Of a stretch of DNA of 64,000 nt, positions 25,146-38,540 are shown piece by piece. The notes under the pieces are model-generated. The model did no database searches. It was not told the origin of the DNA and saw only the letters and a program-made list of their open reading frames with translations. Where the stretch lies: contig JAGIQG010000024.1 of the NCBI GenBank assembly GCA_024679065.1, positions 22,692,001-22,756,000 of the forward strand, written 5' to 3'. The translations under genes were made by a program, and so were the position numbers. The stretch comes from Sphyrna mokarran (taxonomy: Eukaryota). The first letter of the stretch is position 1, and each line of letters opens with the position of its first letter.

Positions 25146-28100
25146 TGTGTAAAAAGTCAAAATCTAGCACTCATTGGTCCAAGGTGCATTGGATCTGCTG
25201 ATGAGAGTCACTCTAATCACTTATCCCACTTCAGTGCCTGTTGCTTACTAATGACCCTGGGGAGGAATCCCAGCGTGACACCACTAAGCTTGAGGGCTTT
25301 TACCACTAGAGGTCTCCACAAGATCTTAAATGTAGGGGGTCCACATCCCATTTTCTGCAGGCAGGAATAGTTGTAAGGATGGAAGATGGAAGGGGGAGTC
25401 CCAAAAAGGCTTTCTTACTTACTGTATTTCCCGGCTCAATTGACACGCTCAGCAGCATTGTATCACACTGCCAGGATTGTTTAAACAAGGAACTGGCAAA
25501 CACAAACTGCTAGGGGCACACACATGGGTAAATACAGCCCACAGGAGGGAGCAGGCCATGCCCAAGCAGTACTCTGACACTATCTCTAGGCACTTCAGAT
25601 TTGTTATGGCTAGGGGTTTCCACTGGGGAGGCTCAGGGTGGGTGGGGTTGGTTTCTTGAGGAATGTCCCGTGTCCATTGAGTGATGAAGAGTTGCCGGGT
25701 GGAGGAGGCGGGGAAATAGGGAAGGGGAGGGGCCCCAGGTAGAGTGGGACCCTTGTCCACTAGGTGGAGGATTCCATGTCTGTAAAGGGGCGTGTTCTTT
25801 TCACTTATTTAATTTTTTTTAGCCTTGTCTAAGTGTCAAAAATGTGATATCAAAAACCAGCAGTGGAGCCAAAGGGCTAGCCCCAGCTTTTCACATCTGA
25901 GTTGGCAATTCGTCAAACAAACAATGAGAAGATTTCGCTCACAGTGTTAATAATCGTATGTTTTGTCATGTTACTGCTTACTTCCTAAGAAGCTGTTGTA
26001 AGTTTGTTTTAACCTTGATGACTCAACTATTCCAATCCAAAATCATCTCACTATCTCCATCTTTCAATGTCCCATTTCAAATATAACGAGGGTTAAATTT
26101 ATTGCAACAGAATAGAATTCTTAGGTACTGGGATGATTTAAACAGTGCAGTAATAAAGGTTTTGAGTAGTGTCATTACTGTACTTCAAACAGTCTTTGAT
26201 TGAAATAATTAAAGAGACAGACCAGGCAGTCCAATAAGACAACAGAAACCGGAAGACTGATTGAAGTCCCTCAGTATTAGGCTATATATTTTGAAGGTTA
26301 TATGGTCGCTCTCCCAGCATGATGAAACATCAGCTAATTTATAGAGTTCTACAGTTCTCTCAGCTTTCAGACTACAGCTGAAAGATACTACACTATCTTA
26401 GTCTGCTCAATAGCAGGAGGAGGATACATGCTAATAGATTTTAGTTCTCTGTTAGGGCCCATCTTTGCACTGCCAATCACCTATGGAAGTTCTTGGGGCA
26501 ATCTTACCAAAGGTAATTCAAGGTGCTGAAGGAACGCAAAAACAGGAGAAAATCGTATTGATTCTTTGGGCAATCTCCCAGTCACAATCACTTGACACTT
26601 AAAAAAAATCACAAAGTGATTCTCACCAGGAAGCTGGCTACTGAGCTCTAGAGGTACCATTGTGCAGGTACCCCGATCTCTCAGTGCAAATCTATTCAAA
26701 ATAAGGCTGGTAACATCACAAGCTGTGAAAAACTGGGCTTGAACCTGATTTTTTTTGCCTCTCTTGATCTTACCAGCTCGCCACACAGATTGACTGGCAG
26801 GACCAGCCAATAAGATTGTCCCCACTCCACTTCTTGCTGAGGTGTCTTTGTCAGTGGTGGTTCACCATCACCTTCTACTTTCAGAGCAAGGAGAGGAGGA
26901 ACATTCAAAGTCTATCTCAGCTGCAATGGGAATTGAACCCACACTGTTGGCATTATTCTAAACCACAGGTTAACCTATCATGCTCAACAGCATCCTCACA
27001 CTTGTATGTGGATCTATCCAAATGTACTTGCCCATGTAGACTAAAATTCTCCAACAACTATTCACACTTTCACACCCAGTCAGTCACATAATTAGGACAC
27101 ATAAAAAAACAGCTTTACAAGGAAGACACAAAAATTTTCTTTAACTCCCTTGGTTCTCAACTAAATCAAAACTACACAGAAACAATGAGCTGCTAAGAGA
27201 TACATTGCTTTGAACAACAATAATCCAATATAAATCTTCCCTTAAATCAACTGTTGTACATTGATGTTTATCCTATTACATGTTGCTTTGGCAATGGGGT
27301 TCATGTTATGAGGACATCTTCTCATTATTGTAATAATTCAATATTATCAATTTTAATGAGCCTTATGCATAGGTTACAAGGATAGATTTTAGTTCAGAAG
27401 GTGGTGGTTCAAATTGGGAATTTTCCAATTTGTTAGTCATGTCTCAGTATAAAGAGTCCACTTAGGTGCTATTTTTACTCTGGGGAGTTGGGGTGAATAG
27501 AGTTGGCTCTACCACTCCTAGTAGCAGATTGATGAGATGGCTGAGTGCCGTGGTGGTCTGTTAAAAGGTTTCCCTTGATTTCTAGGACAAACTTCTGGGC
27601 CCAAATTCTTACAAAAAGATTACGAGTGAGTTTGTTTACACAGGTGGAAAGAAGCATTTACTTTTCTTGATTGACATCTCTATGAGGTTATAGTAAGTTT
27701 TTTTTCTGTGATCTCTTTTGTCAATGTACCAATGTTTATTTGCACAAGGTTAAGAGTGTCAAATGTTTAAAGCATCCATTATCAATAATTTAATGAAAGG
27801 GTGTTGCAATGAGTTGACATGGAGGCAGCATAGGTAAAATATTGCAAAGTTACCTCTTAAGATCAAACTATGGTTCACAACTCCTCTGAGAAAGAAGACC
27901 ATGGAGAAACTGGACAGATTCCATGGAAATAGCGAGGGACTAGGAGATGTTTGTCTCTGCAATGGAGCTGGCTAGGTTGGGGCTGCAGGGTGTAAGCTCA
28001 GTCCTCGCATTCTTATTATGTGCCATTGAAAATGAAAGTGCTGGGTAACGTGGTTTGGAATTTGGGAATTGGGTCCAACCATCATTTATATCCAGCCTCA

Positions 28101-29544
28101 TAGCACGTATAGCACTTCTGGATCCCACAAATGCATTGTCAGGCATACAACAAGCCTCAAGCCTCGGTGCCTGATCATAGATTTGAACGCAAAACATGGA
28201 AGCAACAACAACTTGGATTTCTACATCTCTTTTAACATAGTAAAATGTCCCAAGAAACAAAATTGATTCTTAAAAGAAATAGCTGAACAAAGGTTTGTTT
28301 GAAGAGGTAGGTTTTAAGGGGCAACTTCAATGAAAAGGGAGACAGAGAGGTTTAGTGTCAGAATTGTAAATGTCCTGGGCAATTCTGACAATGTTTTTGG
28401 CCCTATTGCCTCTCCCTCTCCCATCCTCACACTCCATGACTATTTAACAACTAGGGTAAAGTGTCATTGTGCAAACAGAAAACTCCATTTCCAAGTGGTT
28501 TGGAAAAGAGAGGAGGGCTCACTATCTTATGTGCGTGTTGGTGCAGTATTATCTCATCCTTTGTTATAAAAAACTGTGATGATTTTTACTTCACTGTAAT
28601 GACCTTAACACCCAATTTTTTTTTGCTCAATTTTGAAATGGTTTTGGTTAAAGCAAACAAAACAAAGAATACATGTGATAACAAATCTTCCCACAAATTG
28701 AATTGGATGTTTTAAAAGAATACTGCAATGTCTTGAAATATCCAAGTGTTTTTCTAATGAGGTGGCGGTGAATTGCTCATGCTCGCATTCCCTGGGTTTA
28801 AGCAAAATGCATTTATTCAGCAAAAAGTGATATTGATGCTGAGGGAACTGCAGTAAATTGTCAGCCCCAGCTGTGCAATGACTAATCTCCACGGGATGAT
28901 GTGTTTTCGTTTTCACCAGCCCTGTTAGCCTAGTCGCCAGTCAGAGCGGGGATTGAAGTGGCTTCAATAACTCCATTGTCTCCATTTCCAAGAAGTCACC
29001 CAGTGACTGCAAGGAAGTGAACTCAGTCTTTCATTGCTTCAGAGACCGGAGTTCCTGAACCCATTGCACTCTTTATTAAAGCACACTGCTTATCAGACCA
29101 CAGGGCTGCTGCGAAGCTGGGTACTCAGATTAGGTTCAACTCACTGAAAATATTCTACTGCTTTTCTTCAGTTTAAAAGGTTATTCACCCCAGAAAATAA
29201 AAAAGATAATTTACTTATGCAGGAATAAGAAACAAAAACATCTGGAACTCACCTCCCTTCAGAATCACGTTACACTGTTCCCCACAGGAACTGTCAGCCT
29301 TATACCTTATACAAGCCAGCATTCTTCATGTTTTAGATTAAACTTATGTACCTCAGTCGGACAGCGGCAGGGTTCAAAAACCCAGAGGGAAAATCCAACA
29401 ACCCCCCTCCCCCGCTGCTTGTTTCTAAGTCAACAGGACCTCTTGCAACCTTGCACAAGCCTGACTCCAAAAAATAAAATCCGAGTTAAGCCTTGCCTAT
29501 TTCACAAATTAAACAATTGCATTTATGGCTGCAAAGTGCAGATT

Positions 29545-29845
29545 TTTTATTTAGTTTATTTATTCGTGTCGCAAGTAAGGCTTGCATTAACATTGCAATG
29601 AAGTTACCGTGATACACACCTCCCCCCTTCCCCAGTCACCACACCCTGGTGCTGAGGGAGAATTTAGCATGGCCAATTCACTTAAATAGCACATCTTTTA
29701 GACTGTGGGAGGAAACCAGAGCACTTGGAGGAAATCCACACAGACATGGGGAGAGCGTGCAGACTCCGCACAGGTAGTGACCAGATGCCAGAACTGAACT
29801 CAGGTCCTTGAGGCTGAGGCAACAGTGCTAACCACTGTGCCACCT
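29545..29845 (-). mobile_element. V-SINE, tail B
   Basis: gtttatttattcgtgtcgcaagtaaggcttgcattaacattgcaatgaagttac...gtgctaaccactgtgccacc. Confidence 0.85.
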
Positions 29846-30855
29846 ATTAAATTGGAGAGAGGCAAGATGGCCCTGGGCATTTCTGTTTTGTCCCATGGGC
29901 AGTGCTGGGGGCCCAGCAGGCACTGTCAAGCTGGCAAAGCCAAGGGCACAAAGCAGCAATGGCCCTCCTTCACTCCAGTAGAATTGGGCCGCTAACACTG
30001 TCAGTGGGGAGGTACTATAAACCCCGCTGGACTGAAGCACTCCTGATGGGATTTGGGGCGGGGGCAGGAGGAGTGGAGTTTATATGTGAATAATATTTAA
30101 ATTAAAATTAGCATAAATGATTCAGCTCCATGCCCATTTCAAAAGTGGACTTAATCCTGCACCGGGAAGCTTGCTGAGGCCATGGCACTCAGCAGGAAGT
30201 CCACAAAACAGCCTGTGTCTGAATCTTCAAGCCTGCTGTGCTGCAAAAACAGCAGGGCAGTGGGCTGGGAGAATCAACCCTATAGTGTTGTTCTTCGAGG
30301 TTGCCTGGAACTTCATTGGAACACTGCAGCAGGTCATGGGCAGAAAGGACAGAATGAGAGCAATGTCACAAATTAAAATGACAAGTGACAGGAGGGTCAT
30401 GGTTATGCTTGCAGTGTAACTTGGCTTTTGATAGATGACCTCTTCCCCCACATAGCTACGTTCCACAGCTAGTTCTCAGTTGAACTTTTCTTAATTATAT
30501 CAACAATTCTACAATTAGTGTGCCTTGGAGTAAACAGTTGAGAGTTCAACATTTAGATTGGACCATCTTCCATTCCCCTATGTTCCTGCTGTGCTAAATT
30601 TCACTGGACAATCTCTTCCTCCAACTCATTCTTTCTTAGACTTTCAATATCAGATTTCCCTTTACTTTTCTTCTCAGATAACGCTATGCAAACCCTTTCC
30701 CAAGGGTGATCTCAGTTTATTGCCTCATATTGTGGGAGCCTAGAGTGAGATTTTGGGTGGTACAAGAGTTGTTCAGTGGGCAGAGAGGGAAGGAGGAGTT
30801 GAGAGTGGGTGGGGACAGAGGGACAGTTGATGGAGAGACAGAGTTTCTTCAAAAC

Positions 30856-31245
30856 CACAAGATCTCTACAGTGCAGAAAAGACCATTTGGCTGATTGAGT
30901 CTGCAATGACCCTGACAGAGTATCTTACTCAGCCCACGCCCACCTACTCCCCCCAACCACCCCCCCCACCCCGCCCCGCTCCCCCGACCTTCCATCCTCC
31001 TTACTCTGTTATATTCCCTACGGCTAATCCATCTAATTACACATTTTTTTTGGGTCAATTTAGCATGGTCAATGCACCCAACCAGCGTGTTTTTTGGACT
31101 GTGGGCGGAAAGCAGAACACCCAGAGGAGACCCATGCATACTTAGGGGAAAATGTGCAAATTCCATCCAGACAGTCACCCAAGGCCTGAATTGAACCTGA
31201 TCCTTGTTGCTGTGAGGCAGCAGTGCTAACCCACTGTGCCACCCA
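30856..31245 (-). mobile_element. V-SINE (HE1-like), CR1 tail, with a C-rich expansion
   Basis: Full head/core; C-rich tract at 30933-30990. Confidence 0.85.
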
Positions 31246-31449
31246 CAAAATAAAAGAATACTTACCTATTCACAAATTATCATTGCAGCAATAATCAGGC
31301 CTCAGATAGCAGTCCATTAGGCCGCACACACCGACAAAAACAAACATTTGAAAAGACTTTGAGCTGGCAAAAATCAGTCTGAGTTCCACAGTAGCCATTA
31401 CTGCCTGAGAGCTTGGGACCCCAAAATCTTATCTCATTGACACCACAAT

Positions 31450-31992
31450 GAGACCCTTGTCAGACCCCACTTGGAATACTGTGCGCAGTTCTGGTCGCCT
31501 CACTACAGGAAGGATGTAAAAGCTATTGAGAGGGTGCAGAGGAGATTTACAAGGATGTTGCCTGGATTGGGAGGCATGCCTTATGAATATAGGTTGAGGG
31601 AGTTAGGTCTCTTCTCCCTGGAGAGACAAAGGTTGAGAGATGACCTGATAGAAATTTATAAAATGTTGAGAGAAACAGATAGGGTGATTCGCGGAGGCTA
31701 TTTCCCCGGGCTGAAATGATTGCTACGAGAGGACACAGGTTTAAGGTTCTAGGGAGCAAGTACAGAGGAGATGTTAGGGGTAAGTTTTTCACTCAGAGGG
31801 TGGTGAATGAGTGGAATCGGCTGCCATCGGTGGTGGTAAAGGTAAACTTCTTTTAAAAGACTTCTGGATGAATACATGGGATTTAATGGGATCGGGAGTC
31901 ACAGAAAGCTCTATGTCCTGGTAGGTTTGGACATAATCGGCACAACTTATGGGCCGAAGGGCCTGGTTGTGCTGTAGTGTTCTATGTTCTAG
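31450..31992 (+). mobile_element. CR1 LINE 3' fragment
   Basis: ORF 31471-31719: [63 protein letters not shown]; tail gggccgaagggcctggttgtgctgtagtgttctatgttcta. Confidence 0.93.
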
Positions 31993-32381
31993 GAGTTACA
32001 GCCCACAGATTGGGAAGCCTTGATGGAGAATCTTTCAAAGCACAATTTATAAGCATCACTTATCACAGTTTCCCAATTTCTCCAACTTCTCTTTTATTCT
32101 TTTTAAACTTAGTGCTGTCCTCCACTATGGGCTTTGATTTAATGCCCAGGCTTCTCAAAATGATTCATTAAAGTTTGCCCAACTCCTCACTGGAAACGAA
32201 AGAAATCCCATATCCATTCTCTCCAAATGGAAGAATTTAATCCAATCGCCAAACTACATGATTTCTTCAAGAAGAAAATTTATCTCAGTATGATTAACTA
32301 TCAGAGAGTGTGTGTTCCTGAGCAAAAATTCCAAATTGGATACGCAACAAGTTAATGCCACCATCCTACCATTCTGCTTAC

Positions 32382-32488
32382 CTTCATTAGCTTCAGGCTT
32401 AGAGTTTTTGATGTAAGCTGAGAATTTTGCAAAGATGTCATTCCCAGCTGTGTTGGACTCTGGGTGCTTTGTGCCAAGCTTCATGTAC
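32382..32488 (-). CDS. CLIC4: CLIC4 internal coding exon (equivalent to human exon 4), 107 bp
   Basis: Translates (R)[35 protein letters not shown](A); ...cccatAG acceptor, GTaagc donor; phases join correctly to neighbouring exons (AG|G = Arg, G|CT = Ala). Confidence 0.97.
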
Positions 32489-33009
32489 CTATGGGAACAA
32501 AAAATATAACGAGTGAGAAATTTAAACAAAATACATCAGTGCCAACCTCAACATCATTGTAACATTCCAAAATGATTCGGCCGACATTAGAAATATAGTG
32601 GGACTCCTCCACAATCAGAGAAAATTGCTGCATTAACCTTCATGATTCTACAAGTACAATTCCTAACTATGCACTGATAATAATGGGAGGCATCTTGAAG
32701 TGAACTTAACACTGGGCGGTGGTGTGAACTGTGCTTTGCATCATCTCATAACATGCTGTGCTTTGTGTAAATTGTGTTCCTAGTATCCTGGAATTTCATC
32801 GTGGAACCGGAACAGGTCTGAAATGAGGCAGTTGATCACACTGTCCAGTGATTCTGCAATTACACTGATAACCAATTTAAAATTGTCAGTCTGACTCCCA
32901 ATGTAGCACATTTGCATATACTGGATACACAGAGCTCTATTCTTTACTGACAGGAAGAACACATACATACATTATGCCTATTTCAGCTAAATGAAAAAAA
33001 GATGAGAGT

Positions 33010-33305
33010 GTCATTTGCTGGTTTGTTCCTCAGGGGGCGATGCCTTGACCAGAGTCAAGTTGCCTGGTTTAAATTTTCAAACAATGATTGGCAGTTAACA
33101 GTCAGTCACCATCAACTTGTGCATTCTCCTTGCCACCACATCTACCAACAAGTGTTCACTTGCCAACTGATGAACACTCTCTTCTCATATAGTGTTCATA
33201 TGTTCTTTCCCTGACATTGGCATCCTTGCGATTGTCCCGACAAGTGCGGGAGTTTTGACAGAATGTCTTTTTTCAACGAAAATGAAGTTCTATACTGCCA
33301 GACAG
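33010..33305 (+). mobile_element. Probable Penelope-like element 3'/pLTR fragment
   Basis: Pattern ...cttgcgattgtcccgacaagtgc...ttttgacagaatgtc resembles the 'ctgatga...gaaa' end region of PLE repeats; family call is from memory only. Confidence 0.4.
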
Positions 33306-34309
33306 CTGCCTTAGAAATATTTAACTTAGTCTCAACTGCAGAAAAATCACAATTCTGTAATATGCATTCATTAATAATTAATGTAATAATAAATGTCTTA
33401 AACTCAATTTAATTTTATGCCAGTGCAACTGACAAGCCAACCAGCAAATCAGCCACAGTGGCGGTGTTGAGGCCAGTTTTGGCGCATTATAAAGCAAAGA
33501 TCTATAAATTAACTTCCTAGAATAGGATGTGGGCAGTTGCAGGTTGGCAATGAAAGGAAAGCCATGTGGAGGCCTTATATAATCACAAGTGATTACAAAT
33601 GTAAATAGAGGTGGTGCAAAGAGCTTCAGTCATATCATGCTGCCTTCTAACTGTGCTATTCAAACTATGTTCTCTTGAATGATCTCATTGAGCAACACTG
33701 TACACATTTCAATGAGATCCTCTCTCATTCTTCTACACTCCAGTATTTCCAGCAGGAAATTTGATTTGTTTGATCACATTTCAGGCTGGGAAAGGCAGAT
33801 TTCTGATCTATTCGGGAATGAAGAAGGTGAGTGGGAAAATGGAATTCAAAACCAAGATCAAATGTGAGTTAAAGATTCCAGTCCAATTATTATTAAGTTT
33901 TATAGTACTGTCCATGATGTTGTCCAGCCCCAAGGAAGGAACAACCAAATTTCCTCCCCAAAGCTTGGTACTGAGAGCAGTATCATTCAATCAGTTCAAC
34001 ACAAATTTCATTAAGGTAATTGTGAACCTTTCCATTGTTAACATTGGACGCAATAGCACAAGTATATGCAAATATGCACAGATCTATTCATCACTCCAAA
34101 ACAGGTACTAGTTTCAATGCAGCATCTACTGTATAATTGTATTGCCAGCCAAATTGGAAATCAGCATCAGTCTTTCCTCAAGGCAGAGTCTGATTGATCA
34201 GGTTATATTCAATTAAGATTCAGTTTTTTAGAAAAGTGAATGCGACATTTATTAACGTAGGGAGGGATAAGTACTGTGGGTGGAAGGGGGGATGGGATGG
34301 AACGGAGTT

Positions 34310-34700
34310 GTTCACTCACTACAACATCCCAAAGCACTTTACAGGCAGTGAAAATTGAAATGTATTGCCACTATTGTAATGTTGTAAATGCAACAGCTAA
34401 TTTTGCGCAAAGCCAACATCCACATACAGCAATGTTATAATGTCCAGATAATCTGTCTCAGGTATAAAGAGATTAGCCAGTCACCGGAAGAATTCCCTGC
34501 ACCTCGTCTTTTATGACCGACCACCTGGGAGGGCAGGTGGGGCTTCATCTCATCCAAAGAACAGCAAGTCTGACAGTGCAGCACACCCTCAGTACTGCAC
34601 TGCAACGTCAGTCTAGATTTTGTGCTCAAGTATCAAGAGTGGGACTTGAATCTGCAACCTTTTGACTCAGAACGGAGATTGCTACCAACTGAGCCATCGC
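34310..34700 (-). mobile_element. Deu-domain SINE (SacSINE1/AmnSINE-like)
   Basis: Minus strand: head tggctcagttggtagc...gattcaagtcccactc, then cagtgcagtactgagggtgtgctgcactgtcag...ttggatgagatg, cagattatctggacattataacattgctgtatgtgg, and the L2-type tail gtaaagtgctttgggatgt; an older copy lies at about 56710-57085. Confidence 0.8.
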
Positions 34701-34724
34701 TCACATTTATCATGGTTAACCTAA

Positions 34725-35050
34725 AGGTTTTTTCCCCAGAGCAGAAGTATTAATTATAAGGGGGGGGCACAGATTCAAGGTGAGACGGGAAAGTTTAAGG
34801 AAAATGTGCAGGGGAGATTTTTCACACAGAGAATGATGGGTGCCCAGAATGTGCTGCCAGAACTGGTGGTGGAAGCAAGCACGTTAATAACATTTAAGAG
34901 GCATTGGATGAATACACGAATAGGAAGGGAATAGAGGGACACAGTCCGAGTAAGGGCAGAAGGTTTCTTTAAGTTTAGTTAGGGCACCATGATCGGTATG
35001 GGCCTGGAGGGCCAAAGGGCTTGTTCCTGTGCTGTAGTTTTCTTTGTTCT
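34725..35050 (+). mobile_element. CR1 LINE 3' end
   Basis: ggcacagattcaaggtgag...ttttcacacagagaatg...; tail ggagggccaaagggcttgttcctgtgctgtag; a sister copy lies at about 37600-37900. Confidence 0.85.
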
Positions 35051-35063
35051 TTTAAAGATTCGA

Positions 35064-35362
35064 CCACGGTGGCACAGTGATTTGCACTTCTGCCCGAATG
35101 CCAGGCACGCAGGTTCAATTCCAGCCTCAGGTCACGGTCTGCATGAAGTTTGCACATTCTCCCTGTTCCTGCATGGCTCTAGTTTCCTCCTAGTCCAAAG
35201 ATGTATGGGCTGGGTTGATTGGCCATGCTAAATTGACCTAGTATTGGGGAAATTCACAGGGTAAATATGTGGGGCTATGGGATTAGGGCCTGGCTGGGAT
35301 CGTGGTCGATGCAGGCACAATGGGCTGAATGGGCTCCTTCTGCAACTCAATGATTCTATGAT
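35064..35362 (+). mobile_element. V-SINE (HE1-like), CR1 tail
   Basis: cacggtggcacagtg...ggttcaattcc...ttggccatgctaaattg...atgggctgaatgggctccttctgc...gattctatga. Confidence 0.85.
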
Positions 35363-36044
35363 AAAGAACTTTCTAAATTAGATGTAGCTCCATTTTCTCT
35401 CTTCTGAAGCTGTTAGACCAACATGGCAATTCTCCACTTTCCACACCATCCATCCTTGTAGCCTCTCTGAGATTTCCAATTTAGTGCCAATGGAATCAAT
35501 GACATATTCAATAAAGGTCAAAGGCTAGTTTCCAAGGATTTTGGAGAGTGTATCGTGGGAGGAATTTCACTTTTAGAATACATCACAGTCCAGAGACTTT
35601 ACAGCCCTAAACACCTGTATAAACAACTGTTGAAGTTCAGTCAGATAATTCCATCACTCTCAATAAATTAGTTTGAGTTGCACTGCCAAACTGAACTGCT
35701 TCAGATCTAAATTGTATTTTAAAGGAAAGTGCATGTAACAGACTTCCTGGACTATTTCATAAGCTTCTGTTCTACTTCTTTGATTGTTTAAATCTTTTGA
35801 CATGTTCAGCTGTGTGCTTCTCTGAAAGCTTCATAAATCAACCCAGTCAGATGGCAGGTTCAATTCCCTGGTCTGGGTAATGTTATCTGACCGATCGCAG
35901 CAAGCACATTACAATTGACATCAATGTTATCGAGGCTGAGGGATGTAAAACTACCCATTCTTAATTGAAAGAAAACTGACAAAGGAAATCCGCAGTTCTG
36001 CTGTTTCAAATATCCAGTGGAGAACTCTATGCAGCCTGTGTTAC

Positions 36045-36350
36045 AATCCATAGAATCCCTAAAATGCAGAAGGGAGGCCATTCAGCCCATCAAATTTGCA
36101 TCAACAACAATCCCATCCAGGCTTCATTCCTGTAACCCCACGTTTACCCTACGAATCCCCCTGACATTAAAGGGGCAATTTAGCATGGCCAATCCACTTA
36201 ACTTGTACACCTTTGAAGTGTGGGAGGAAACTGGAGTACCCGGAGAAAACCCACACAGACACAGGAGAGACTGCAAACTCCTCACAACAGTGATCCAAGC
36301 TAGGAATTGAACCCAGGTTTCTGGCACTGTGACGTAGCAGTGCTAAGGGC
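36045..36350 (-). mobile_element. V-SINE (HE1-like), CR1 tail
   Basis: Typical head/core/tail; a partial copy also lies at about 36910-37068. Confidence 0.85.
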
Positions 36351-37299
36351 ACTATTTTATATGATAATTAAAACTGTTTCCCCTTATCTTTCCTGAATGG
36401 ACACTTCGAAACAACGCTTCAAGCCTTTTCTAAAGTGCTGACTGTGTTTTTAACAGGAGGATGATAGTAGCACATTACTCATTGTTGTTATATACAGCAT
36501 CTGCTCCTGACAGTTCTGCATACTTCAGCTTTCTTAATATTATTAATATTGCAGAGTTGCTGTTTGCACCAATGTAATCAACATAGAGAAATGTCCTTAA
36601 ACTTGGACTAGCCTTGAATCTGCAGGAGAAAGAAACAAAATAAGCACACAAAAGTTTAAAGGCTTAAAAAGACTAGCCTGATTGAAGCTGTCACTACTTC
36701 AAGCCATAAATTATCCACTTTTTAATTAACAGCATCTAAAAATAACAAGAGACAACTATTGTGCTTTTCACAAAGCATTTGCTAGTTATATAGCAGAAAA
36801 GCAAGATCAAGTTTGCTGTTCTAATTAACATGAGGCTACCTCTAGTACAAGACACCCAGAGGAAGGGTTCGGTTAGATTTCCTTCTCACAACTGTCCCCG
36901 ACCACTATCAAATCATAGAATCCCTCCAGTGCAGAAGGAGACCATTCGACTCATTAAGTCTGCACTGACCACAATCCCACCCAGGCCCCACATTTACCCC
37001 ACTGATCCTCTGACAGTAGGATCGATTTAGCATGGCCAGTCAACCTAATCCACACATCTTTGGACTATCCCCTCCAGTCCTTATAGGAAAATGAAGGACA
37101 GATTCAGTTGTTCCATTTAAACCCACCTTGCATGTTATTTACCCCAATATGCCAGTATTTCTAAGAATGATACATTTCCAATGTAACAGAAGTTAAGAAC
37201 CAGTATCCGTATTTTACCTGAACCTTTACTCTTTTATATCTCAATCATTTTAAAATCAGCTATTTATCCACATTTATTTTTAAAGTTATCTTTTAGTTT

Positions 37300-37600
37300 C
37301 ACAAATAAATAACGTTGCTTCAAAAGTAGGTCAGAGGCTAGGAATCCTGTGGCAAGTAACTCATCTCTTGACTCCCCAGAGCCTATCCAGCATCTATAAG
37401 GCACAAGTCAGGAATGTGATGGTGTACTCTTCTCTTGCCTGCCCCCAACAACACAAGAAGCTCAACACCACCCAAGACAAAGCTGCCAACTTGACTGGCA
37501 CCAATCCATAAACATTCATTCCCTCCACTGTTGATACATAGTGGAAGCAATGTGTACCATCTACAAGATGCACTGCAGGTATTCACCCAGTCTCAGGTTT
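37300..37600 (+). mobile_element. LINE fragment of the family ending in 'gggcaataaatgctggcc'
   Basis: Degenerate IYKAQVRNVMVYS...APTTQEAQHHPRQ...VCTIYKMHC; same family as 56020-56520. Confidence 0.6.
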
Positions 37601-38164
37601 GAGATGAAGGAGAAAGTTTGAAAGAGATGATTGGGGGGATGTTTTTCACAATGATGCCTGGTACACATGCCAGGGGACATGGCAAGTGCCTGGAGCGTAC
37701 TGCCAGAGGTGGTGGTGGAAGCAGGCACATTAGCAACATTTAATAGGCATCTGGATGGGTACATAAACAGGGAGAGAATAGAGAGTTGCAAACCGAGTAA
37801 GGACAGATGATTTTTTTTTTAGTTTAGTTAGGGCATCATAATCGGCACAGGCTTGGAGGGCTGAAGGGTCTGATCCTGTGCTGAACTTTCTTTGTTCTTA
37901 TTGTGATTCCCAGCACAGCATTTGGTCCACAGATGGGAAAATTCCACCCACTGTTGATTTATAGTTGTACCTTTTCTATTCATCTCCTTTCACAACTGAC
38001 TCCGAGCCAACTTACTCTGTGCAAATTTCTTTGGAGAGAAATAAGCAATGAACTATCCCATCACAGAAAGGTCATTTCCTGCAGATTCAGACAAAACCCA
38101 CCAGAAAAAGGCAAAGGCACGGTCAGGGCAGATCCCCAACAGTTCTAGGATTGTCTGGGAGCCT

Positions 38165-38540
38165 TGGAGGGGTGCAAACTCCATGTGCCTCTTACAAGAC
38201 CTATAACATACACATTCTTCCCATGTCTGTGTGGGTTTCCTCCGGGGTGCTGAACTTTCCTCCCACAGTCCAAAGATGTGCAGGTTAGGTGGATTGGCCA
38301 CACAAAGTTACCCTTAAGAGCAGAGAAATTGCTGGTCAGCCACTCCTGATGTGGGGTCATTTCCCTCACACCCTGGCAACAGACAGCGACCTGTTCCAGT
38401 ATATGTAGATTAGGTGGATTAGCCATAGTAAATACACAGGGTTACAGGGATCAGATGGGTCTAGGTAAGATGCCCTTTTAGACAGTCAGTATAGATTTGA
38501 TGGGCTGAATAGCCTCCTTTTGCACTGGAGGGATTTAACG
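38165..38540 (+). mobile_element. V-SINE variant with an internal insert and duplicated 'ttaggtggatt(g/a)gcca'
   Basis: Core at 38215-38315, unrelated segment of about 85 bp, then a repeat of the motif at 38410-38426 and the CR1 tail. Confidence 0.7.

Noticed and set aside
26165-26395. Possible additional solo LTR (agtagtgtc...gatactaca)
   Set aside because: Inverted ends are imperfect and I found no convincing TSD.
30933-30990. G-quadruplex-like C/G runs (also 8085-8110, 10840-10870, 62140-62190)
   Set aside because: Low-complexity expansions, mostly inside repeats, with no supporting context for function.
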